DNA from: Ignavibacteriaceae bacterium
GTDB lineage: Bacteria > Bacteroidota > Ignavibacteria > Ignavibacteriales > Ignavibacteriaceae
Assembly: GCA_035654655.1 (NCBI GenBank)
Contig: DASRWI010000001.1
Coordinates: 38,747-102,746, forward strand
Length of the DNA stretch: 64,000 nucleotides
Direction of reading: 5' to 3'
The notes under the pieces were generated by a model. The model made no database searches. It was not told the origin of the DNA and worked only from the letters and a program-made list of their open reading frames with translations. Below, piece after piece: positions 38,904 to 46,385 of this stretch. A program made the translations under genes and the position numbers. Positions within the stretch are counted from its first letter, which is position 1. Each line of letters starts with the position of its first letter.

Positions 38904-39677
38904 TTAGTCTTTTTTATAAATTTCTTCTATATCCCATTTTTTCATTTTATCATAAGCAACATAGTCAGTAAGGTCAAAATGTATTGGAGTAACGGAAACG
39001 TAATTTTTTCTAACAGCGAACTGATCGGTTTCAATTTCAGTATCCACTTCCATCAAACTTCCTGTAAGCCAGTAATAATCTCTTCCATATGGATCCTTGC
39101 GCTGTTCATAAATATCATCCCACTTTGATTTTCCCTGTTTAGTAAGAACTATACCTGCAATTTCTTCTTCAGGTAGGTCAGGTACATTAACGTTAAGTAA
39201 TGTTCCTTTAGGAATATCTTTACCAACAATTTTCAGAGCTAATGTTTTTGCAACCTTACCCGCGTAATCAAAATTATTAGCACCGTGACTTGTAACTGAT
39301 ATTGCAATAGCAGGGACATCCATAATTGCTGCTTCACGAGCAGCCGATACTGTACCTGAATAAATAATATTTATGGCAGTGTTGGAACCGTGATTTATTC
39401 CAGAAACGACAAGGTCAGGTTTTTCCTTCATAATGTTGCGGATACCTATCTTAACACAATCGGCAGGAGTACCATCAACCGCATAGCCGAAAAATTCTCC
39501 ATTCTTTTTATAATCAATAACTCTCAAAGGAAGAGTCATTGTAATTCCGTGTCCTACTGCGCTTTGTTCTTTAAGAGGAGCAACTACTACTACTTCACCG
39601 ATTTCTTTTAAAGCATTAACCAGAGCAGATATACCCTGAGAATCTATCCCATCATCATTACTAACTAAAATTTTCAA
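38904..39677 (-). CDS. surE: 5'/3'-nucleotidase SurE
   Basis: (M)KILVSNDDGIDSQGI is the canonical SurE N-terminus and would start at TTG 39677. The track ORF extends to another TTG at 39740, adding 21 non-homologous residues. Also GINHGSN and YSGTVSAAREA. Confidence 0.88.
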   Translation of the reverse strand: MKILVSNDDGIDSQGISALVNALKEIGEVVVVAPLKEQSAVGHGITMTLPLRVIDYKKNGEFFGYAVDGTPADCVKIGIRNIMKEKPDLVVSGINHGSNTAINIIYSGTVSAAREAAIMDVPAIAISVTSHGANNFDYAGKVAKTLALKIVGKDIPKGTLLNVNVPDLPEEEIAGIVLTKQGKSKWDDIYEQRKDPYGRDYYWLTGSLMEVDTEIETDQFAVRKNYVSVTPIHFDLTDYVAYDKMKKWDIEEIYKKD

Positions 39678-39788
39678 TTTTTTTCCATAATTTAATTGAA
39701 CATAAAATGTTAATATAACATTTACAGAATATACACTCAATTATATTTGTGCGTCATGGACCGGGATGACAAAAAAGATTACCCTATG

Positions 39789-39912
39789 AAAAATAGCGTT
39801 AAGAAAATGATAGAAGCGAAGCGTTAAAAACAAAATCTGTTTGAGGAGTCCCTTTAGGGACGACGAGTTATTTTGTTTTAACGAAGCGAAAATCATTTTT
39901 AGCTACATTTTT
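39789..39912. repeat. Long imperfect palindrome (~125 nt) with a perfect apical hairpin
   Basis: Arm CGTTAAAAACAAAAT (39822..39836) pairs with ATTTTGTTTTAACG (39870..39883). AAAATGAT (39804..39811) pairs with ATCATTTT (39892..39899). The apex is GTCCC-TTTA-GGGAC (39848..39861). GAAGCGAA occurs as a direct repeat in both arms. Confidence 0.65.
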
Positions 39913-39937
39913 AATAATGCTTGTCCCTTCGGGGTTG

Positions 39938-39963
39938 CTTCTTTTGTATCAAGACAAAAGAAG
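39938..39963. repeat. Perfect 10-bp hairpin
   Basis: CTTCTTTTGT, loop ATCAAG, ACAAAAGAAG. No adjacent T-run, so it is not a canonical terminator. Confidence 0.6.
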
Positions 39964-40010
39964 TTAAAAAAAATAAAAATGATGACAGCCTAAAGGAAAA
40001 GGAATTGAAG

Positions 40011-40034
40011 TACCACGATTAAAATCTTGGGCTA
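40011..40034 (-). repeat. Copy B of the dispersed TAGCCC...GGGT palindromic element
   Basis: The reverse complement TAGCCCAAGATTTTAATCGTGGTA matches 20123..20146 at 20 of 24 positions. Confidence 0.6.
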
Positions 40035-40174
40035 ACAAAATCCTTATTTAGGTTAAGCCATGAATTTCCCATATGAATCAATGGATGACTTTCATGAGTG
40101 AAAGATTTTATTCTTCATCACCTCTCTTTTTGTCTATCTACCTTTACATTCATATTTTAGCTTATTAATTTTAT

Positions 40175-40924
40175 GTGAATATGATAATCCTTAAATCAGC
40201 TATATTTAATAAATATTCTAATGTAATTTTTGGCTTTTCGACAAAAGCCGGTGAAAATGGTGCACCATATTATTTTAATGTTTCCAGTTCAGTTGGTGAT
40301 GACCCTGAAAATGTTAATGCAAATAGAAAAAAATATTATGAAGGATTAGGTTTAACAAATGATAATATCTGCTATCAAAAACAAATACATAGTGCTGTTG
40401 TAACTTATGTAGATAAACCTGGTCATTGTGGTGAAAGTGATGCAATGATTACTAATAAACCTAATCTTGGGTTAGCTATAAGTACAGCAGATTGTACTCC
40501 GGTTTTTGTTTATGATAAAATAAAAAAAGTTATAGCAGGTATTCATTCAGGTTGGAAAGGTACTCAGCTTAACATTATAACCGCTGCTCTTAAGGAATTA
40601 AAAGATAAATTTAATTCAAATCCTGAAGACCTGATTGTTTACATTGGTCCCTCTATTTCTCAGGATAAATATGAAGTAGGTAAAGAGTTTATGGATATTT
40701 TTGATTCAAAGTTTATTAAAAAAATTAATAAGAAATTCTATTTAAATGTATCAGGAATAAATTATAAAAGAGTTTTAGATTTCGGTATACCAAAAGATAA
40801 TGTCCAGTATTCAACTTTATGTTCTTACGATATGAAGAACTTACTTCATTCTTATAGAAGAGATGGAATAAAATCAGGAAGGTCGTTTGGCATTATTGCT
40901 ATGAAAGGTTTTTATGGAAAATAA
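40175..40924 (+). CDS. pgeF: Peptidoglycan editing factor PgeF / YfiH (laccase-domain) family
   Basis: 249 aa with QIHSAVV, SDAMIT, STADCTPVF and IHSGWKGT. The start is GTG 40175 or ATG 40181. Confidence 0.88.
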   Translation: MNMIILKSAIFNKYSNVIFGFSTKAGENGAPYYFNVSSSVGDDPENVNANRKKYYEGLGLTNDNICYQKQIHSAVVTYVDKPGHCGESDAMITNKPNLGLAISTADCTPVFVYDKIKKVIAGIHSGWKGTQLNIITAALKELKDKFNSNPEDLIVYIGPSISQDKYEVGKEFMDIFDSKFIKKINKKFYLNVSGINYKRVLDFGIPKDNVQYSTLCSYDMKNLLHSYRRDGIKSGRSFGIIAMKGFYGK

Positions 40925-41813
40925 GTTTAAAGTCGCTGTGTTATATATTTTGGTATGTTTAATTTGGGGTACTACCTGGTTCGCCATAAGAATTAGTCTG
41001 AATGACCTGACTCCATTCTTATCTGCGGGAATAAGATTTATTGTTGCCTCAGTTATAATTTATATTATTATGCTCATTAAAGGATATAAACTTCAGCTGG
41101 ATAAAATTGCTGTAAGGCTTTATCTGGTTATGGGATTTTTTTCCTTTATGATTCCATTCGGTTTAGTTTATTGGGGTGAACAATTTGTTCCTTCAGGATT
41201 GGCTGCAGTTTTATTTGGAGTATATCCATTCTTCATTGCCTTATTTTCATATATATTTTTAAAATCAGATAAAATTGGTTTATTCAAAATACTCGGAATG
41301 CTTTTAGGATTTGGTGGAATAGTAATAATTTTTTCTGATCAATTTCAAGGTGATCTTTCCATTTATTTTTGGGGAATGTTAGCTATTGTACTTAGTGGTT
41401 TTATGCAGGCTGTTGTTGCTGTTGGTGTTAAAAAATATGGACATCATATAAATCCCCTTACCATAAACTTTATTCCAATGGCTATTACCGGAATTTTTAT
41501 GACTCCAATCGCTCTTCTTATAGAAGATACTTCTCATCTCAACTTTTCACAGGAAGCAATATTATCAATTCTCTTCCTGGCTCTATTTGGAAGTGTAATT
41601 TCTTTTTCATCTTACTATTGGCTGCTTAAAAGAATTAATATAGTAGTCTTATCCATTGTAGCATTTATTACTCCTATCATTGCACTTATTGTTGGATGGA
41701 TTTTCAATAATGAAATTTTATACTTCAATCACATTTTAGGTTCTGTTTTTGTTCTATTAGGATTATTAACAGCAAACCTTGGAACAATGAAGTTTTCGTT
41801 TAAAAGAGCCTGA
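40914..41813 (+). CDS. EamA/DMT-family transporter
   Basis: 299 aa, about 10 TM helices in two EamA-like halves. Overlaps pgeF by 11 nt. Confidence 0.8.
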   Translation: MENKFKVAVLYILVCLIWGTTWFAIRISLNDLTPFLSAGIRFIVASVIIYIIMLIKGYKLQLDKIAVRLYLVMGFFSFMIPFGLVYWGEQFVPSGLAAVLFGVYPFFIALFSYIFLKSDKIGLFKILGMLLGFGGIVIIFSDQFQGDLSIYFWGMLAIVLSGFMQAVVAVGVKKYGHHINPLTINFIPMAITGIFMTPIALLIEDTSHLNFSQEAILSILFLALFGSVISFSSYYWLLKRINIVVLSIVAFITPIIALIVGWIFNNEILYFNHILGSVFVLLGLLTANLGTMKFSFKRA

Positions 41814-41897
41814 CATCTATATTCTTTGCTTTTGTACTTTGACTTGTATGTCTAAACGCATACTCTTAATTTTAATATATAACTTTATGGACTTTCT

Positions 41898-42278
41898 ATG
41901 CAAAATATAATCCGTATTAAAAAAGCTGTCTTCTATGCTTATCACGGTGTTCTCTCAGAAGAGCAGAGTGTTGGCGGCAAGTTTGAAGCGGATATTGATA
42001 TTTATACAGATTTCAGTGCAGCTGCTAAACACGATAGTCTTAGAGAAACAATTGATTATGTAAAAGCATATAAGCTTATTTATGATATAGCTTTATCTGA
42101 AAAATATTACTTACTTGAAGCCTTAGCTAATAAAATGGCTGATGCCATCTTAAAGAATTTTAATAATGTTGAAAAAACTGCAATCAAAATTAGAAAGAAC
42201 AACCCTCCATTAGGTGGGGTTGTTGATTTTGTTGAAATAGAAATTATCAAAGAAAAAAAGGATTTATTAAATCAGTAA
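41898..42278 (+). CDS. folB: Dihydroneopterin aldolase
   Basis: 126 aa. IKKAVFYAYHGVLSEEQSVGGKFEADIDI is the FolB signature region. Confidence 0.9.
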   Translation: MQNIIRIKKAVFYAYHGVLSEEQSVGGKFEADIDIYTDFSAAAKHDSLRETIDYVKAYKLIYDIALSEKYYLLEALANKMADAILKNFNNVEKTAIKIRKNNPPLGGVVDFVEIEIIKEKKDLLNQ

Positions 42279-42279
42279 T

Positions 42280-42786
42280 ATTGTCCATATCGGATTAGGC
42301 TCAAATGAAGGCTTAAGAATAAAATATTTATTAATAGGCTTGTGCAATATAGCTAAAATTCCAAACTGCAAAATACTTAAGGTATCTAAAGTATATGAAA
42401 CAAAACCTTATGGTTATCAGGAACAAAATAATTTCTTAAATACTGCAGCTTTAGTAGAAACCGATTTATCTTTAGATCAATTTTTAACTGAAATTAAAGA
42501 AATTGAGAAACAGACCGGTAGAAAAAATATTTTACGATGGGGTCCAAGAACTTTAGATATTGATATCCTATTATTTAACAATTTAGTATATTCTGATGAT
42601 AAAATTTCTGTTCCTCACAAAGGTTTATTAAAAAGAGATTTTGTCATTTATCCTTTGCTTGACATTAATCCGGAACTTGTTCATCCGGGAACTAATATTA
42701 AATTAAAGGATATAAATTTCAGCGATTTGGTAAGCAATATTATTAGAAAATTAAATATCAATTTATTCAATTATATTGAGAAATAA
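42280..42786 (+). CDS. folK: 2-amino-4-hydroxy-6-hydroxymethyldihydropteridine diphosphokinase (HPPK)
   Basis: RWGPRTLDIDILLF, VPHKGLLKRDFVIYPL. The track ORF starts at TTG 42340. The same frame upstream encodes (I)VHIGLGSNEGLRIKYLL, the conserved HPPK beta-1/GSN motif. I therefore extend the gene to ATT 42280; ATC 42271 is the alternative. The 3' end is secure and the 5' end uncertain. Confidence 0.8.
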   Translation: MVHIGLGSNEGLRIKYLLIGLCNIAKIPNCKILKVSKVYETKPYGYQEQNNFLNTAALVETDLSLDQFLTEIKEIEKQTGRKNILRWGPRTLDIDILLFNNLVYSDDKISVPHKGLLKRDFVIYPLLDINPELVHPGTNIKLKDINFSDLVSNIIRKLNINLFNYIEK

Positions 42787-42789
42787 ATA

Positions 42790-43446
42790 TTGGATCAGCC
42801 GGAAATAAAGTACATAGCTATTGAAGGGGTAATTGGTTCAGGCAAAACAAGCTTAGCTCAAAAAATTAAGAGTAAGTTAAATGCAGAGCTGATACTTGAA
42901 CAATTTGAAGCTAATCCTTTTCTTGAAAAATTCTATAATGATAGAAAAAGATTTGCATTCCAAACTCAGATGTTTTTTCTGATAAATAGATTTAAACAAC
43001 AGCAGGAATTGAATCAGGAAAATTTATTTTCAGAATATCATGTATGCGATTATATTTTTGATAAAGATAAAATTTTTGCATACTTAAACTTATCAGGTGA
43101 GGAACTTAAACTTTATGAAAGTTTATTCCCTTTGCTTGAGCGTAACTTGCGCAAACCGGATGTTGTTGTTTACCTTCAGTCAAGTGTTGACCGGTTAATG
43201 TATAACATTCGTAAACGCGGAAGAAAAATAGAACGTAATATTACAAAGAGTTATATTGAAGAATTAAGCGATTCATACAATAACTTTTTCTTTCAATATG
43301 CCAAAACTCCTTTAATAATAGTTAACTCTTCTGAAATAGATTTCGTTAACAATGATGATGACTTTAATGAATTATTTAAACAGATTTTCCGGACAGATAG
43401 AGGATTTATCGAATACTTTAAACCGGAAACTAGAAAATTATTATGA
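42790..43446 (+). CDS. Deoxynucleoside kinase
   Basis: 218 aa. P-loop IAIEGVIGSGKTSLAQ, FQTQMFFL, and LID-like RKRGRKIERN. The start is TTG. Confidence 0.85.
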   Translation: MDQPEIKYIAIEGVIGSGKTSLAQKIKSKLNAELILEQFEANPFLEKFYNDRKRFAFQTQMFFLINRFKQQQELNQENLFSEYHVCDYIFDKDKIFAYLNLSGEELKLYESLFPLLERNLRKPDVVVYLQSSVDRLMYNIRKRGRKIERNITKSYIEELSDSYNNFFFQYAKTPLIIVNSSEIDFVNNDDDFNELFKQIFRTDRGFIEYFKPETRKLL

Positions 43447-43661
43447 TTAAGCTTATTTTATTTTTGATTGCCTTCTTTGGCTTCATGTTATTTTTCAAAG
43501 CAGTTCGATTAATCTTTTCTTTTAGAAGATTTACTTCAGGTGCTAACCAGAATTTAAGAAATGATGATAATGTAACTACTGGAAAAAACTCTAAGTACTC
43601 TAATGTTCAGGATGTTGAATACACAGAAATTACTGATGGTAAGGATAAAAAAAGCAATTAA
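43443..43661 (+). CDS. Hypothetical small membrane protein (72 aa)
   Basis: One N-terminal TM helix (LILFLIAFFGFMLFF) and a polar tail. ATGA start/stop overlap with the kinase gene. Confidence 0.5.
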   Translation: MIKLILFLIAFFGFMLFFKAVRLIFSFRRFTSGANQNLRNDDNVTTGKNSKYSNVQDVEYTEITDGKDKKSN

Positions 43662-43666
43662 GATTT

Positions 43667-44761
43667 ATGTCTAAGAACAATATCCTTTCAAAATTCATTT
43701 ATGGTTTTGTTAAAAAAGTTTTGTCAGTTGAAGGAGTTAAAGATTATACCTTAAATAATCCCAAAAGAATTTTAATTATACGCCAGCATAATCAACTTGG
43801 AGACCTTCTTGCTGGAGTTTCATTATTCAGAGCAATTAAAGAAAAATATCCCGATGTTGAGCTTACGGTTATTCTAAGTCCTGCCAACTATTCCGGAATG
43901 ATTAAAAATAAATTTATCGATAATTATTTTATTTTTGATAAAAAGAAAATTTTTAACCCCTCTTATTTTTTTAAGTTAATTAAAGTACTCCGCAGAAATT
44001 ATGATATAGTTATAGTTCCTGTTACCGTTTCAATTTCTTTTACAAGCAATTTACTTTCAAGACTTGCAAAAGCAAATTTAAGAATCGGTCCGGCAAGTCT
44101 TGATGGTAAAGAAAATGAATCAGCATTTCTCTTTAATAGAAGAGTACCTATAAACTGGCAGGCTCATCCTGATTCTAATGTATCTGAAAGAAGTTTAGAT
44201 ATTGTTAGACCTTTTGGGATTTCAACAACCAATTATAAATCTGAAATTACATTTGATAAAAAAGATACAGATACTGCACTGGATTTTATTTATTCACTTG
44301 ATAAAAAGAAAAATGAATTGCTTATTGGACTTCATCCCGGAGCAGGCAAACCGCAAAACAGATGGTCTTTAAATAAATATGTAGAACTGCTTGATAGAAT
44401 AAATGAAAAATATCCCGTTAAGTTTTATATTACCGGAAGTATTAAAGACCTTGAAGAAATTGACTACATAAAATCTCACAGTAAATTAACATTAGGTATT
44501 TTCATAAATAAGCAGATTCCTGAGGTTGCGGCTTTAATATCTAAATCAGATATCTTTATTTCAAATGATACAGGAATTATGCATGTTGCAGGAACAACCA
44601 ATACTCCTCAAATCTCTATATTCGGACCTACTAATCCATTCAATTGGGCACCCATCGGAGAAAACAAATATTTTATTAGAAATTCTGATTTGATTGATGA
44701 CGTTGATATTGATGATGTATTTCTTTTATTTGAGCATATAATTAATAATAAAAAGAGTTAA
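43667..44761 (+). CDS. Glycosyltransferase family 9 (heptosyltransferase-like)
   Basis: 364 aa with ILIIRQHNQLGDLL, LHPGAGKPQNRW and ISNDTGIMHVAG. Confidence 0.82.
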   Translation: MSKNNILSKFIYGFVKKVLSVEGVKDYTLNNPKRILIIRQHNQLGDLLAGVSLFRAIKEKYPDVELTVILSPANYSGMIKNKFIDNYFIFDKKKIFNPSYFFKLIKVLRRNYDIVIVPVTVSISFTSNLLSRLAKANLRIGPASLDGKENESAFLFNRRVPINWQAHPDSNVSERSLDIVRPFGISTTNYKSEITFDKKDTDTALDFIYSLDKKKNELLIGLHPGAGKPQNRWSLNKYVELLDRINEKYPVKFYITGSIKDLEEIDYIKSHSKLTLGIFINKQIPEVAALISKSDIFISNDTGIMHVAGTTNTPQISIFGPTNPFNWAPIGENKYFIRNSDLIDDVDIDDVFLLFEHIINNKKS

Positions 44762-44765
44762 CCTG

Positions 44766-45710
44766 TTGAATAAGTATTTTGCTGCCATTGATATGGGAAC
44801 AAATTCTTTCCACCTTATTATAGTTGAAGTTAAAAAAGATGGTAAATTCAAGATCATTGACCGTGATAGGGAAGTAATACGTTTAGCTTCACGTAAAGGA
44901 AATGAATTAAGTATAATTTCTGCTGAAGAAATTGAAAAGTCCGTAAACATAATTAACAGATATGTTACTCTGGCAAAAACTTATAATGCTGAAATTAAAG
45001 CAGTTGCTACAAGTGCTATTAGAGAAGCAACAAATAGAGATGATTATGTAAAAACCATTTTTGAAAGAACAGGCCTTCAAATAACAGTTCTTAATGGGAA
45101 GAATGAAGCATTATTAATTTTCCAGGGAATTCAAAAAGCGTTAAACATTGAGGATAAAAACGTAATTTGTTTTGATATTGGAGGAGGGAGCAGTGAAATA
45201 GTCTATGCACAAAAAAGTAAAATCATAATCTCTGAAAGCATAAAAATTGGAGCTGTTCGTTTATCTAAAAAATTTTTTCCTGATTATATTATAACTGAAA
45301 AAGCTATTAAAGATTGTGAAGCATTTATTTATAACAACCTTACATCAAATTTTTCCTTACAGAAAAAATTGAATTTTGATATTGCGGTAGGTACATCTGG
45401 TACTATTCAATCTACTGCTTCATTAATATCCTTCAAAAAGCATAAATTTCCTTCTTCATTAAATAAATACAAATTCACTCACGAAGAATTTATTAATATA
45501 TTTTTAGAAGTAATAAGTCATAAGTCTTTAAAAGAAAGAATGAACATCCCTGGCATTGAACAAAGAAGAGCAGATATACTTCCTGCAGGATTGATAATAA
45601 TGAAAGTCCTCTTTGAGTACTTTGATGTAAAAGAAATGATTATTTCTGAATATGCATTGAGAGAAGGAGTTGTATTAGACATGCTTTACTCTCAGGCAGA
45701 ATATCCATAA
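44766..45710 (+). CDS. Ppx/GppA-family phosphatase
   Basis: 314 aa with AAIDMGTNSFHLIIVE, ATSAIREATN and FDIGGGSSE. Short form lacking the HD domain. Confidence 0.85.
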   Translation: MNKYFAAIDMGTNSFHLIIVEVKKDGKFKIIDRDREVIRLASRKGNELSIISAEEIEKSVNIINRYVTLAKTYNAEIKAVATSAIREATNRDDYVKTIFERTGLQITVLNGKNEALLIFQGIQKALNIEDKNVICFDIGGGSSEIVYAQKSKIIISESIKIGAVRLSKKFFPDYIITEKAIKDCEAFIYNNLTSNFSLQKKLNFDIAVGTSGTIQSTASLISFKKHKFPSSLNKYKFTHEEFINIFLEVISHKSLKERMNIPGIEQRRADILPAGLIIMKVLFEYFDVKEMIISEYALREGVVLDMLYSQAEYP

Positions 45711-45716
45711 AATTTT

Positions 45717-46361
45717 CTAACTCTTTTTTACTCCCAAACCAATACCATCACCAATAGGGAGGATAGTAGTTTCAAGCTGAGGATGGTTCATAAACATTTT
45801 ATTAAACTCTCTAATATGCACGGAAGAGACATGCATATTTTCAGGTTCCTCATTAACTGCAGCCCACCCATGCCATAATAAATTATCCACAACAATTACC
45901 CCCTCATCATTCAGCAAGTCAATTGAAAGTTTTAAAAGCTCAGCATAATCTTCTTTGTCAGCATCCAGAAAAATAAAATCGAACTTGATTGTAAATTTCT
46001 TCATCGATTCAAGAGCATCTCCATCAATTACCTTCACCTTATCAGTTAATTTTGCTCTTTCAATATACTGTTCTGCAAGCTTAATGTTATTCTTGCTTTT
46101 TTCTAATGTATAAAGAATTGCTCCTTCATCTATTCTTCTGCCAAGTCTTATTGCAGTGTATGCTATTGCAGTACCAATTTCTAATAATTTAACAGGCTTT
46201 TTAATTTTTACTAATAACTCTAAAAATCCTGCGGACATGCTGTAAAGAATCGGAACTTTATTCTTAGATGCAAAGTCTTCCATCTCTGTAATCAAATCAT
46301 CCTTTGCAGGTGTAAGGCTATTTAAATATTGTAATTGTATTTCTTTAATAATTTCAGGCAT
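45717..46361 (-). CDS. SAM-dependent O-methyltransferase (family 3, caffeoyl-CoA OMT/YrrM-like)
   Basis: 214 aa with LLEIGTAIAYTA, FDFIFLDADKEDY and VVDNLLWHG. Confidence 0.85.
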   Translation of the reverse strand: MPEIIKEIQLQYLNSLTPAKDDLITEMEDFASKNKVPILYSMSAGFLELLVKIKKPVKLLEIGTAIAYTAIRLGRRIDEGAILYTLEKSKNNIKLAEQYIERAKLTDKVKVIDGDALESMKKFTIKFDFIFLDADKEDYAELLKLSIDLLNDEGVIVVDNLLWHGWAAVNEEPENMHVSSVHIREFNKMFMNHPQLETTILPIGDGIGLGVKKS

Positions 46362-46385
46362 TGAAAATTCTTTCTTTAATTATGT

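Noticed and set aside
42241-42342. Possibility that folB and folK form a frameshifted fusion (for example slippage in the A7 run at 42253..42259)
   Set aside because: The folK frame has its own TAA at 42268..42270, downstream of the A-run, and folB ends at TAA 42276..42278. No single shift in the homopolymer joins the two frames. A non-canonical start is the simpler explanation.
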